Assembly: GCA_038087875.1 (NCBI GenBank)
Contig: CM075993.1
Location: 7,194,001 to 7,258,000 of the forward strand
Direction: 5' to 3'
Length of the DNA stretch: 64,000 nt
Source of the DNA: Malacoraja senta
Taxonomy: Eukaryota
This document shows positions 39,597-54,500 of this stretch, piece by piece (positions within the stretch are counted from its first letter, which is position 1; each line of letters starts with the position of its first letter). The notes under the pieces were generated by a model that did not search any database, had not been told where the DNA came from, and saw nothing but the letters and a program-made list of their open reading frames with translations. The position numbers and the translations under genes are program-made.

Positions 39597-42500
39597 CTTG
39601 GGTGCCATCTTGGATCATTTTTCTCGTGATGGCCGCAGGTGGAAATTGGCTGAGTAACTTCTGAAGGCTGGAAGTTGGATCCAAGACCATTTATTCCCTG
39701 GATCAGGAACTTGTGGCACCAGGTAGTAGTGGAGTTTAGTTTAGAGATAAAAAACTTTATTAATACGGGCGTTGGGGGGTTAAGGGGCGAAGGCAGGAGA
39801 ATGGGGTTGAGAGGGAAAGATAGATCAGTCATTATTCAATGGCGGACTGGACGATGGGCCAAATGGCCTAATTCTGCTCCTGGAAGCTCAGAACTTATGA
39901 AAATAGAGTTCTGATAGGAAATCAAATGCTGACAATGTTTGGGTCAAGCAGCATCTGTGGAGATAGAAACATCATTTTGAGTCAGTGGTCTTCATAATGA
40001 GGTAATTGATCCAAAATTGTAACTCGGTTGAGCAAAGGGTCATGCGGCAGTGGATTGAACAGGATTCGCAATGTCTATGTTTTCGGATAGTTTCAACCAG
40101 TCACTTGGCTCAGAATCCTATTATATACAACAGCGGACAGTACAGTGGTGCAGCTGTAGAGTTGCTGCTTTACAGCGCCAGAGACCCGGGTTCGACCCTG
40201 ACTATGGGTGCTGTCTGTGTGGAGTTTGCACATTCTCCCTTCGATTGTGTGGTTTTGCTTTGGTTTTCTGTCACATCCCAAAAACATGCGGGCTTGTAGG
40301 TTAGTTGGCCTCTGTGAAATTGCCCCAAGCATGTAGGGAGTGGATGAGAATGTGGGACAACGTAGAACTAATGTGAATCGATGGTCGGCGTGGACTCGGT
40401 GGGTTGGAGGGCCTGTTTCCACGCTGCGTTTCTCAACTAAACTAATGATATACTCCCACAGTGGAAGTTTTGCGTCTCCCTGTCAGAGCCGATGGGGCTT
40501 TGGTTTCAAGTATGATCTAAAGGAGTGATTAGGCAAGGTTTTCACTGGAGCATCAAGTGATGGAGCCATTGATCTTGAACCTTGTCATTCTGGGGAGTAT
40601 TGAACATGAAACAGTACAGCACAGGAACAGGCCAAACGCCCCCCACTGTCCTTGCCGAACACAATGCCAAGTTAAACTAATATCTGCCTGCACCCATATT
40701 TCGCTTGGGCAACTTACAACCTAGCAGCACGAACATTGATATCTCTAATTTAAAGTAACCCCTGCATTCCCGCACCCTCCACCCTAGTCATCCTACCAGT
40801 TCCACTGTTCACATCCCTGTATCCCTTCGTTATCACCTCTTCCCCAGCCAAAAATGGGCCATTGTGGGCTCCACCCTTCCATGGTCATCTGTTGCCAGAC
40901 CTAATTTTTCTGGCCTTTTCCTACTCCCAGTTCTTCCCCTCACCTTACAGTCTGCAGAAGAGTTCCGACCTGAAGCGTCGCCCATCCTTTTTCTCCAGAG
41001 ATGCTGACTGACCCACTGAGTAACTCTAGCACTTTTTGTCTGCCCGCACGTGATCCATATCCCTCCATTCCCTGCATGTCAACATGCCTAGCTAAAAGCC
41101 TCTTATACGCCGCTATTATCAAGAACATTTAGTAATGTTGGATTCACAGGAGATGGTCTTCGAGGAGAGAATGCTCCTCAAACTGCGGAGCATTCTGGAC
41201 AATACAGCTCACCCCCTCCGTGACACACTGGTCAACCTGAGGAGCACCTTCAGCAACAGACTGGTTCCACCAAGATGCAGCACAGAATGCCACAGGAGAT
41301 CCTTCTTCTCTCTGGCTATCAAACTGTACAACTCCTCCCCCTCCTGTCGTGGGGTAGACTGAGACTGACTCCCCCCCAATCTTTGCACATCCCCAATCCT
41401 TTCCATTCGTCACTTTAATTTCATGTTTCATGTATTTTGTTGTGTTGGCTGATCAATTTCCCTCCTTAGGATAAATAAAGTTCTATCGTATCATATCGTA
41501 AAGATTACAGTGAGGCTATCACGGTTCATCAGTTGTGCAACAAGACACACTGATATGCTGACAGTTCACAGGGCTCCATACTGAGACAAACATCAATCGC
41601 TGCTGGACAATCATCAACTCGGCAAAGACTCACTTTGGTCCGTGTGAAACCTCCGTACTGACAGCAGCTGTAGTCAGCATCGAACCCACGTTTCTGGCGC
41701 TGTAAGGCAGCAACTCTACCGCTGCGCCACCGTGCCGCCCTTGGAGGATGAGGGGTGGTCTTAGAAGTGTATCAAATCACAAGAGGACTAGATAGGGTAG
41801 CTACACAGAGTCCTTTACCCAGAGTAGTGGAATCAAGATCTAGAGGCCATAGGTTTAAGGTGAGAGGGGAAAGATTTAATAGAAACCTGAGGAGTATTTT
41901 TTTCTTACCAACGGTGATTGGTATATGGAACAAGCTGCCAGAGGAGGTGGTTGAGGCAGATACTGCACAGCATTTAAAATGCATTTGGACAGGTATATGG
42001 ATAGGAAAGGTTTAGAGGGATATGGGCCAAAGGCAGGCAGGTGGGACTAGTGTAGAGCGGGCATCTTGGACGGCGTGGGCAAGTTGGGCTGTTTGACTTG
42101 ATGACTGGGATTGACTTTTTTAACTGAAAAGGGGAGAGGCGTTGCTGTACATTGATGTTATGTGCTCTTGCAATGAAACTCCCAAACTCATTTGTTTTCA
42201 GACTCATTTTCAACTTTGTTAGGCTGAAATATTTTTAGCTGTGTCTCGGACCCTCTTTCAGTTCATGTGGGAGGAGGAGGCTCTGTACCAAGTGGATACA
42301 CAGAGGTAATAAGGGAGGTGTGAGCCTGCGATGGGTCGACAGGCGGCATCTAAAGACCACGCATGTTAAGGTTTGTAAAGAAGCCGCCAATTTAGCTTGT
42401 CTGAGCTGACGAGTCACGGTGATGGGACTTGGCGATAAATTAGCAGCTGAGCTGATAATGGGCCCAATTAATGAAGGGGCCAGATCAGAATGACTTTCGA

Positions 42501-45500
42501 TCCTGCATTTCATCTTGAGATGTGAAAATATTGACTCACTGCGTCTAATTTTGTTGCAAATGTGTGCATCCTTCTGACTGTTCTTTCAAATATAGGTTAC
42601 AGATATGAACTGTTCTGCTTGATAAAGCACATACAGACTCCACACTGCTTGGTAAGTAGCCATTAAGTCTTGTAATGAAATGTGAATGATTGCAGGTTTT
42701 CTCTGTATCTCTCTCTTTAAATATAATACAGCTGTTAGCTCCAATCTGCGTTGATCTAAGACTCTCCTTGTGTGATCCCCACACTTAACCTAACCAGGCA
42801 CATTTGCAAATTGTGAATAACTGCACTCAAACCCTTTTCTTAATCTGAAGTGTTTTTCTGTACTTGTATCTAACTGGAACAATTAAGATATGCGGTAAAA
42901 TATTGAATTACAAATCTTTTTTCTCACTGCTCCTTTATGCCTACTGAGAATTGCTTCTCTGCCATTTTTATTCTTTTTACGGAGGGAGGGAGAGAGACAC
43001 CTTCACAAGCCATTAAATACAAGGTACACACTGTCAAACATCACCCATTCCTTCTCTCCAGAGATGCTGCCTGTCCCACTGAGTTACTGCAGCTTTCTGG
43101 GTCTATGTCCGATTGTGATGGGACTTACTAATCTCCCCGAGAAACACAACAAATATCTTGATTTTTACGGCTCATTTGCAAGCTGCTCCTCTGACGTGGG
43201 GTGTTCTGAAGTATCTTACTTTAGCGATACAGCACAGAAACAGGCCCTTCTGCTCACGGTGTCCACGCCGACCAGCAATCACCTTTACATTAGTTCCACC
43301 CTAAACACGCTAGGGTTATCAAAGCCAATTAACTGCACGACTTTGGTATGTGGGAGGAAAGTGGAGTGCCTGGAGAAAACCCACTTGGTCACAGGGAGAA
43401 CGTACAAACCCTATACAGACATCAGCCGCAGTCAGGATTGAACCTGGGTGTCTGGCGTTGTGAGGCAGTAACTCTACCGCTGTGCCACCCTCGATCGGCC
43501 CAGACCGATCCTGGAGCTGGGGTCGAACCTGCAACCTTTGTTCTGGCAGCTGGACACGAGTCCAACACACATTGTGGAGCTCTGCTCTGCTCTGACACTG
43601 GCACTCGCAGAGTCACTGGGTGAGAGGTTTTGGAAGTCTTTACATGGCTACGAAAGTGTATTCAATCATTTCCAACCTCTGGAGAACGGAATTGGGGAGT
43701 GCATGTGATGTAAAAGAAAGTGGGCACTCTTCACACTTCCTGGCGTTTGATCCTTTTGGGAGCTAATTTGGGCACAAAAATCTTAAGAACACTAATGTAT
43801 TGATGAGATAAATTAGTTTTAAAGTGAATAATGATTGCATGATGAATCTTAGAGGGGATACATGTGGCACAGCTGTGCAGCTGCTACCTCATAGCATCAG
43901 AGACCCGGGTTCGATCCTGACCTCGGGTGCTGTCTGTGTGGACTATGTGTTCTCCCTGTGACCCTGTGGGCTTCCTCCCACATCCCAAAGACGTGCAGGT
44001 TTGTAGGTTAATTGCCCTTAGCAAGTAGGGAGTGGATGAGAAAGTGGAATAACACAGACCTAATATGAGCAGGTGATTGATGGTTGGCATTGACTTGGTG
44101 GGCCGAAGGGCCTGTTTCCAGGCCGTATCTCTGAATTGACAATGCCAGGAAAAACTGGCGTCTTAATCTGCTCTTTGTAAATCCCTGGAATGAGAATGAC
44201 TTGGCAAGTATGGGCTTAAAAAAAGACAGAAAGTGCTGGAGTAACACATGGGGTCAGGCAGCATCTCTGGAGAACATGGACAGGAGATGTTTTGGTGGAT
44301 GACCCTTCTTCAGGATGAGCTAATGCATTTTGCAGTGTGTTTAAGAAGGAACTGCAGATGCTGGAAAATCCAAGGTAGACAAAATGCTGGAGAAACTCAG
44401 CGGGTGCAGCAGCATCAATGGAGCGAAGGAAATAGGCAACGTTTCGGGCCGAAACCCTTCTTAGATCCTTCTATCGCACCCGCTGAGTTTCTCCAGCACT
44501 TTTGTCTACTTTCGTGTTTTGCAATGTCATATGCAGTAAATGACAGGGAATGCAGCACTGTGGATAAACAACAAGCCCTTGACATGTAAGCTCTTTGCTC
44601 CCTGAAAATGATGAGAAAGGCAGAGACGGCAGCGAAGAAGGCAGTCAGCATGCTTGCCTGCCTTTACATGCGAAGGCATTGAGTAAATGGACAATAGGTG
44701 CAGGTGTAGGCCATTCGGCCCTTCGAGCCAGCACTGCCATTCAATGTGATCATGGCTGATCATCCCCAATCAGGACCCCGTTCCTGCCTTCTCCCCATAT
44801 CCCCTGACTGCTATTTTTAAGAGCCCTATCTAGCTCTCTCTTGAAAGTATCCAGAGAACCTGCCTCCACCGCCCTCTGAGGCAGAGAATTCCACAGACTC
44901 ACAACTCTCTGTGAGAAAAAGTGTTTCCTCGTTTCCGCTCCAAATGGCTTACTCCTTATTCTTAAACTGTGGCCCCTGGTTCTGGACTCCCCCAACATCA
45001 GGAACATGCTTCCTGCCTCTAGCGTGTCCAAACCCTTAACAATCTTATATGTTTCATGTGAGTTGGGATGTTACATTGCAGCTGTACTGTACATTGCTCA
45101 GACCGCATTTGCAGTATTGTGGACAGTTGCGATCACCACTCTACAGGGTGAATATGGAAGCATTGGATAGAGTGTAGAATAGATCATCAGGGTGTCGCCT
45201 GGAATGGAGGACTTTATACATAAGGAGAGTTTGGATTAGCTGGGAGGCTGAGTACTGCCCTTACAGAGATTTATAAAATCATAAATACAAGGCAGATGGA
45301 ATATTGTTCCCAGAATGAGGGAATCTTAAACTAGAAGGCCTAGGTATAATGTGAGAGAAATCTAAAGGAGATACGTGGATAGGAAAGATTTAGAGGGAAG
45401 ATTGACACGAAATGCTGGAGTTACTCAGCGGGCCAGGCATCATCTCTGGAGAAAGGGAATAGGTGACGTTTCGGAGCAGCTATCTTTAGTGTTAACCAGC

Positions 45501-48500
45501 ATCTGCAATTCCTTCCAACACAGCCCAGAGTTCTTGATGGCTCCTGTTCTATTTTTAAATTCTATCTTTCATGCCTTTGTTGTGGCTGTTGTTTCAGATT
45601 CACTGTGAGACTGCGGTTGATGTCTGTTCATCGTGGAACCAGAGCAGGGAGCCGGAGCAACAATACTCCCAGGAAATGTAAGCCCATTGACTCCCTCCCC
45701 GAGTCAATATCCACCCTGGCACCTTCTCAGCTGGTCTTGCCGATGGTTCAACTGGCAACCACTGCATTTAACTCATTGATCTTTACACATGCTCTGTTAT
45801 ATAGTCATGAAGTGTGGAAACAAGCCCTTCGGCTCAACTTGCCCACAACGACCAACAAGGCCCATCTACACTAGTCCCACTTGCTTGCATTTGGCCCATA
45901 TCCCTCTAAACCTATCCTATCCATGTACCAGTGTAATTGCTTCTTCAACGTTGCGATAGTCCCTGCCTCAACTACCACCTCCGGTAGCTCGTTCCATACA
46001 CCCACCACCCATTGCATGAAAAAGTTAACCCTCAGATTCCTATAAAATCTTACCCCCTTCACCTTAAAAGCCCTGTCCCACGGTACGAGTTCATTCCAAG
46101 AGCTCTCCCGAGTTTAAAAAAAAATCAAACTCGTGGTAAGCACGGAGAATGAACGTAGCAGGTACGTCGGAGCTCGGGGACGTCTCTTAGCGCTAACGGC
46201 AGGTACTCGGGAAGACTCGCTAACGGCAGGTAAGCACGGGAAGACTCGTGAAGATTTTTCAACATGATGAGAAATGTCCACAAGAGCCCCGAGTACTGAC
46301 AAGGGGCCATTACCGTAAATCTCCCAGTTCGAATCAGGGCGAACTCGGGAGAACTCTTGGAATGAACTCGTACCGTGGGACAGGGCTTTCAACCTATGCC
46401 CTCTGGGTCTCGACTTCCCCCACTCTGAGCAAGAGACTCTGTGTGTTCACCCGATCTGCTGTTTCATTTGCTTGATGTTTCAAACAATGCAGAATTAAGA
46501 GTCCACTGGCCCTACTGTAATTATCCATGACGAGTGTTCTACTATTCTGATGACGACTGCTAACCAGTCTGTGAAAGCATTGCCACTGATCCACTTCCTA
46601 GAGCCTTACTTCCAAGCTGGGAGCCACTGTGCACCTGGAGGCCATTCACGGTTTGAGATATTGCTGGGTCCAGGAATATAATTGCAAATAAGGGGCAGCA
46701 CAGTGGTGCAGTGGTAGAACTGCTGCCTCACAGCACCAGTGACCCAGGTTGGTGTTCGATCCTGACTATGGGTGCTGTCTGTTCAAGAAGGAACTGCAGA
46801 TGCTGGAAAATCGAAGGTAGACAAAAATGCTGGAGAAACTCAGCAGGTGAGGCAGCATCTATGGAGCGAAGGAAATAGGCAACGTTTCTGGTCGAAACGT
46901 TGCCTATTTCCTTCGCTCCATAGATGCTGCCTCACCCGCTGAGTTTCTCCAGCATTTTTGTCGCTGTCTGCCTGGAGTTTATACGTTCTCCCCGTGACCG
47001 CGTGGGTTTTCTCCAGGTGCTTCGGTTTCCTCCCACGTTCCAAAGATGTGGAGATTTGCAGGTTAATTGGCTTCTGCAAATTGCCCCTTTTTAAGACCAT
47101 TCTTATACCAGAGAGAGACACAAGGTGCTGGAATAGTTCAGAACTTTGGAGAACCCTTGATGGGATCCGACCCAAAACGTCACCTATTACTTTTCTCCAG
47201 AGATGCTGCCTGACCCGCTGAGTTACTCCAGCACTTTGTGTCGATCTCGGATTTATTTATAGGTTAATTGGCTTCTGTAAATTGCCCCTAGTGTGTAGGT
47301 GTGGAGCTGGGATAACATGGAACTAGTGTTGGTCGAGGCGGACTCGGTGGGCTGAAGGGCCTGTTTCCACACAGTAACTAAACTTAGAACATAGAAGTGT
47401 GGAGTTCTGTCCTTCAGCCCACAGTCTTAGAATAAAGGGGAGGTCATTTAAGACTGAGGTGAGAAAAAACATTTTCACCCAGAGAGTTGTGAATTTATGG
47501 AATTCCCGGCCACAGAGGGCAGTGGAGGCCAAGTCACTGGATGGATTTAAGAGAGAGTTAGATAGAGCTCTAGGGGCTAGTGGAGTCAAGGGATATGGGG
47601 AGAAGGCAGGCATGGGTTATTGATAGGGGATGATCAGCCATGATCACATTGAATGGCGGTGCTGGCTCGAAGGGCTGAATGGCCTCCTCCTGCACCTATT
47701 TTTCTATGTAATGTCCGTTCTAAACATGATGCCTCTTCTGGCTGCATGTGATTCATATCCCTCAATATGCCCATCTGAAAGCCTCTTAAATGCCAAGTCA
47801 TTCTATCGCTGCGATTCCCTCCCAGTTACCTACTGGGGTGGCACGATGGCACAGCGGCAGAGTTGCTGCCTTACAGCGCTTGCAGCGCCAGAGACCTGGG
47901 TTCGATCCCGTCTACGGGTGCTGTCTGTACGTTCTCCCCGTGACCGCGTGGGTTTTCTCCGAGATCTTCGGCTGCCTCCCGCACTCCAAAGATGTACAGG
48001 TTTGTAGGTTAATTGGCTTGGTGTATGTGTAAATTGTCCCTAGTGTGTGTGTAGGATTATGTTAATGTGCGGGGATCGCTGGTCGGTGTAGGCTCGGTGG
48101 GCCGAAAGGCCTGTTTCCGCGCTGTATCTCTAAACTAAACTAAACTGAAACTGAAGGGTTTGAACTGGTTGTAAATGTTTGCACTGCCTCCAGCTTTGAC
48201 GCGCTGGTGATGAGGTTTGAGGCTCCCGATGCGAGGAACCGATGGGACAGCCCACTGTTCACCATTCAGAAAGACGATACGCTCCCATTCCAGGCGATAA
48301 ACGACGCCATCTTCCACAGGAAGGCACCGCCGCCCAACCAGTCAACGCTGAGCGTAAGTGAGGGCCTGGGGGGGGGGGGGGGGGGAGGCCGTGGGATGGA
48401 GTCGGTATCCAGGGTTGGTCCGGGCACTCAATCGAGTGATACAGCCCTTCAGCCCAACTTGCCCACACTAGCCAACATGTCCCAGCTGCACTGATCCCAC

Positions 48501-51500
48501 CTGCCTGCATTTGGCCCTTATCCCTCCAAACCTGTCCTATACATGTACCTGTCTAACTGTTTCTTAAACATTGGGATAATCCCTGCCTGAACGAACTCCT
48601 CTGGCAGCTCGTTCCATACACCCACCACCCTTTGTGTGAAAAAATTACCCCTCGAGTTCCTATTAAATCGTTTTTCTTTCACCTTGAACCTATACCCTCT
48701 TGTCCTCTATTCACTTACTCCGTGCATCTACCCGATCTATTCCTCTCATGATTTTATATACCTCTTTAAGATCACCTCTCATCGATGAATTCAAGCTTTA
48801 TTTTAGGGAACTTTTACAAGCAAAGCCAGAATAGTCATTTAAAAATGTTCACATTTAGTTTAGTGATACAGCGCGGAAACATGCCCTTCAGCCCACCGAA
48901 TCCACGCCGACCAGCGATCCCCACACATTAACAATATCCTACACATATTAGGGACAATTTACAATTATACCAAGCCAATTAACCTACAAACCCGTGCGTC
49001 TTTGGAGTGTGGGAGGAAACCGAAGATCGCTGAGAAAACCCACACAGGTCACAGGGAGAACGTACAAACTCCGTACAGACAGCACCTGTAGTCAGAATCG
49101 AACCCGGGTCTCTGGCGCTGTAAGGCAGCAACTCTACCTGTGTGCCGCAATTCACATTCTATAAACACTTCTATTTGTAGTTATAACATCTGGCAGTACA
49201 GCACAGTAACAGGCCATTCGGCCCACAATGTCACTATGCCAAGTTAAACTAACCTCCTCTACCTGCACGTGATCCATATCCCTCCATTCCCTACCTATCC
49301 ATGTGCCCATCTAAAATCTTAAACACCACAGACGTGTCTGCTTCCTTATCGGCGTGTGGGGTGGGGCAGGGGGTGGATGGCTGTCATTAGTTTTAGTTTA
49401 GTTTATTGTCACGTGTACCGAGGTACAGTGAACAGCCTTTGTTGCGTGCTAACCAGTCAGTGGAAAGACAATACATGAATACAACTGAGCCATTCACAGT
49501 GTGCAAATACATGATAAACGGAATAACGTTTAGTGCAAGATAAAGTCCGATTAAAGATAGTCCAAGGGTCTCCAGTGAGGTAGACGGTAGCTCAGGACCG
49601 CTCTCTAGTTGTGTGTTAACGAGTCAGCACAAAGACAATACATGATTACAATCGAGCTGTCCACAGTGTACACATACATGATAAGGGAATAATGTTTAGT
49701 GAAGAGAAAGTCCAATCAACTATTGTTCGTGTTCTGGATTCAACAAAGTGTTATCATTTGGGGTTGTTCTCAAAAAGGAAAGTTATTTGATAAATTATTA
49801 TTAAACTATTTGCTATTAAACTCAACTCAAACAAAACTCTGAACATTAATAGCCCATTATCTGTTTATTTGCACTTTATCTGTTTTATTTATTCATGTGT
49901 GTGTATATATTTATATAATGGTATATGGACACACTGATCTGTTCTGTATTCATGCCTACTATGTTCTCTTGTGCTGAAGCAAAGCAAGAATTTCATTGTC
50001 CTATCTGGGACATATGACAATAAACTCTCTTGAATCTTGAACCTTGAAATTATCCTTAAATTAGAAATTCTATGAGGTAATAACCACAGTGCCTGTATTT
50101 AAGTGACTAGTAAAACTATCCACAGGAGGAGGTTGTTTTTGTTTCATCTTGAATTCACTGCCTGCAATCTGATCATTTTATTTGCTTTATTTTAGTCATA
50201 GAGCCATACAGCATGGGAACAAGCTGCCCCATAAGCCCAACATGCCCCATCTACACTAGTTCCACCTGCCTGCATTTGGCCCAAATCCCTCTACACCTGT
50301 CCTACCCATGTACCTGTCTCAATGCTTCTTAAACGTTGTGATAGTACCAACTTCAACTACCTCCGCTGGCAGCTTGTTACATACACCCACCACTCTTAGT
50401 GTGTTAAAAAAAAGTTACCCCTCAGGTTCCTATTAAACCCCCCTCCCCCCCCCCCCCTCACCTTAAACCTATGTCTTCTGGTTCTTGATTCCCCTATTCT
50501 GGCCCAATGATTCTGTCCGCTTACCCAATCTATACCTCTCATGATTTTGTGCATCTCTATAAGATCACCCCTCATCCTCCTGTGCTCCAGAATAACGAAG
50601 TGCGGGAGAAAGTTCCAGATCCACAAACAAATTCCGATCAGGATGAAGGTTTAAATGTGTCATCGTTTTGCAGATTGAACATCAAATAGTGAAAGGCTTG
50701 GATAGAGTGGATGTGGAGAGGATGTTTCCACTAGTGGGGGTGTCTAGGACCAGAGGTCATAGCCTCAGAGTTTTTTTATATATGTATTTAGAAGTTCACT
50801 AGTCTTAGATTTTAAATGACTCCTCCTTTGTTTTACTGATTTGTCTAGAAATGAATCTAAAACACAGTTGAAGTCCCCCCCCTATTATCACATTTTGGTA
50901 ATTAAACTCTGATATTATATCTATAATTTTATCAAAAATTGGGGGTTGTCAAAATTCGGAGCGTAAATATTTATCATAGTTAGTGGGGTTGCATAAATTT
51001 CTCCCGAAACTATAATATACCTTCCCTCTTTATCTAATATAGTATTCTTTAATTTAAAAGGTATACCTTTTCGAATAAGAATAGCCGTACCTCTAGATTT
51101 AGAAGTAAATGACGAATAGTATGTTTGACCTATCCACTTCGCCTTTAATCTCATTTGTGTTTGTTGTTTCAGAGTTAAAGCACGTTCCTTTAGTAAGGAG
51201 ATGAGAAGGCATTTCTTTAGTTAGAGGGTGGTGAATCTCTGTAATTCTTTGCCACAGAAGGCTGTGGAGGCCAAGTCAATGGATATTTTTAAAGGAGAGA
51301 TAGATGGATTCTTGATTAGTACGGGTGTCAGGGGTTATTGGAGAAGGCAAGAGAAGATAAATAGATAGGGAGAGATAGATCAGCCATGATTGAATGGCGG
51401 AGTAGACGATGGGCCGAATGGCCTAATTGTGCTCCTATTGACCTTATGAACTGAATAGAGGAGAAGCAAAGCTCCTTGTTATTTGATTTCAGTAACTACT

Positions 51501-54500
51501 TGTGATATAATGATGTCTCACCTTTTTCAGCAACCACTTTCCTCGACAAACTTCTTGTACGAGTTGGACAGAGTTACACAGGAAATGCTAATGGTGAGTT
51601 GTCCTCTTGCATGCCGGTTAGAAGGGTCACAACTATACAGCGCAGAAACGGCCCAACTCGTCCACGCCGACCACGATGCATTTGCCCACTTCCCTCTCTG
51701 TCTTTCCCACCAGATTACTTGTCCAAAGGTCTTTTAAACATTATAGACAATAGGTGCAGGAGTAGACCATTCGGCCCTTTGAGCCAGCACCGCCATTCAA
51801 TGTGATCATGGCTAATCATCCCCAATCAGTACCCCGTTCCTGCCTTCTCCCCATATCCCTTGACTCTGCTATTTTAAGAGCCCTATCTAGCTCTCTCTTG
51901 AAAGCATCCAGAGAACCCGCCTCCACCGCCCTCTGAGGCAGAGAATTCCACAGACTCACCACTCTCTGTGAGAAAAAGTGTTTCCTCGTCTCCGTTCTAA
52001 ATGGCTTACTCCTTATTCTTAAACTGTGGCCCCTGGTTCTGGACTCCCCCAACATCGGGAACATGTTTCCTGCCTCTAGTGTGTCCAAGCCCTTAACAAT
52101 CTTATATATTTCAATGAGATCCCCTCTCATCCTTCTAAACTCCAGAGTGTACAAGCCCAGCTGCTCCATTCTCTCAGCATATGACAGTCCCGCCATCCCG
52201 GGAATTAACCTTGTAAACCTACGCTGCACCCCCTCAATAGCAAGAATCTGTCAGTCTTTGGAGGGTGGGAGGAAACCAGAGATCCCAGGAAAATCCACGC
52301 GGTCACGGGGAAAGTGTACAAATTCTGTTCAGACTGCGCCTGTAGTCAGGATCAAACCCGGGCCCCTGACTGTAAGGCAGCAACTCTACCGTTGTGCCAC
52401 CATGCCGCCCCTAAAAACATCTGTTGGTACTGACGTTTAAAATGTGAGCTTCCTTAAAATCTAACTTTAAAACTCTGTTCCTTTAACTCAGGCAATATTA
52501 AACGCCCAAAAGACAAGTGTTCCGGGAGACCAGATTACCGTACCGGGAACCAAGGTGAAGATATCCTTTTAAATCTCAAGAGCTGGCACCCTTGCTGATG
52601 TGAAACGAAGTTTACATTTGGTTTCCATTCCAGCGACTCTTGCACCAAATCTGGGAATCTGAATCGGAAGTAAAATTTGTCCCAGGTGGGATTCAATGTG
52701 TGGAAAAGCCGGGTCATCTATTTGACACTAAAAAAGGTGTTTTCCAAAAAAGGAGAATCAAAAGGGCGGCATGGTGGCACAGCGGTAGAGTTGCTGCCTT
52801 ACAGCGCCAGGGACGCGGGGGTGGGCGATTGCAACCTTCACGTGGTCCGCCCTGTTTCGACAAAACCTGGAGCGCACAATCAAATAAGATCAAATAGAAC
52901 AAGTTGTCCTACAACTTTTGGCTGTGCACGCCACACGCAAGAAGAAGCGCCAGGGACCCGAGTTCGACCCTGACTACGGGTGCTGTCTGTACGGAGTTTG
53001 TAAGTTCTCCCCGTGACCGCGTGGGTTTTCTCTGGTTTTCTCCCACATTCCAAAGTCGTACAGGTTTGTAGGTTAATTGGCTTCTGTAAATTGTCCTTAG
53101 TGTGTAGGATAGTGCTAGTGTACTAGTCGGCATGGACTTGGTGGACAAAGGGCCTGTTTCCATGCTTTACCTCTAAAGACTGAAAGAGGAGAGTTTTAAC
53201 AGTCCGGGTACAGCAGTTCCCAGAAAAGCTGAGGGACCGATTACATGTACCAAAAAAAATACTCATGCATTTATCCTGATGCATTTTACCTGAGTAATCT
53301 GTTCTGCTTTTAACGGAGAAGTTGCTGTGATTTCCTTTGTTGACAGCCGATTTAAAGTCGAGGGTAAATGACGTTGTTTGCCCTGTGAAAGATCACAGTT
53401 TAGTTTAGTTGAGACATACAGCGTGGAAACAGGCCCTTCGGCCCAACGAGTCTGCACCGACCAGCGATCCCCGCACATTAACACTATCCTACACGCACTA
53501 GGAACAACCTACACATACACCAAGCCAATTAACCTACAAACCTGTATGTCTTTGGAGCGTGGGAGGAAACCCACACGGTCACGGGGAGAAACTCCGTACA
53601 AACTCTGTACAGACAGCACCCGTAGTGGGGATCGAACCCGGGTCTCCGCCGCTGCAAGTGATTGTAAGGCAGCAACTCTGACGCTGTGCCACTGTGCCGC
53701 CCTTAAATAAGTTTGTGTTCTGTGTCATCTGTTCTGTCTTACCGACAAATTCACTGGCAGGCAGTAAAAAAAAACACAAAGTGCTGGAGGGATTCAGTGG
53801 GCCAGGCAGCAGCTGTGGAGGGAGTTGGACAGAGCTGTCTTATGCTGTTCAAAAAGGTTGAATTGAGTAGACTAGAGGGCCTGTCCCACTTGGGCGACAT
53901 TTTTAGGCGACAGCCTGAAAAGAGATTGTCGCGTCGTGGTCGGCTCGTGACGCATGTAGTGACGCGCGGTGTCTCCCTGCCGCACCAGGATTTTGGAATG
54001 TTCAAAATCCTCGCGCGACATCTGCGTGTCTTATCTTGTCGTGCGCCCTTTCGCACGATGACGTGACGCGTGGTCATTGCCGTTGCTAATTTATTATGCG
54101 TCATCGTGCATCACCATGCGTCACTACGTGACAACGATGCGTCATGATGCGTCGCCATGTTGCCCCAGATGACGCAACCTGTCGTGTCTTATCGTGTCGC
54201 GGGTGGGCGTACGTTGATGCCACTCGACGACTGTGATGTCACAGGTGCTGTTCTATGCTGTTGCATGCCGTCCTATGGTGACGCGGAGTGTCATACCTTG
54301 ACGCGGCTGTGTCGTACTACTTGACGGTTTTTAGGCGTCATCGGGCGTCAGTCACTGGCGCCTGTCGTCGCCCATAAAATCACAAAGTGGGACAGGCCCT
54401 TGACTCCAGACGGCTGTGGAGGCCGTCAATGGATATTTATAATGCATAGATTAACAGATTCTTGATTAGTATGGGTGTCGGGGTTATGGGGGGAAGGCTG

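Noticed and set aside
39049..39832. Cys/Val-rich ORFs
   Set aside because: They are (CA)n/(TG)n microsatellite.
52470..52491. TCCTTTAAC resembling a U12 branch site at the end of KTI12 intron 7
   Set aside because: The donor of that intron is GTGAGT (U2 type), so it is treated as an ordinary GT-AG intron.
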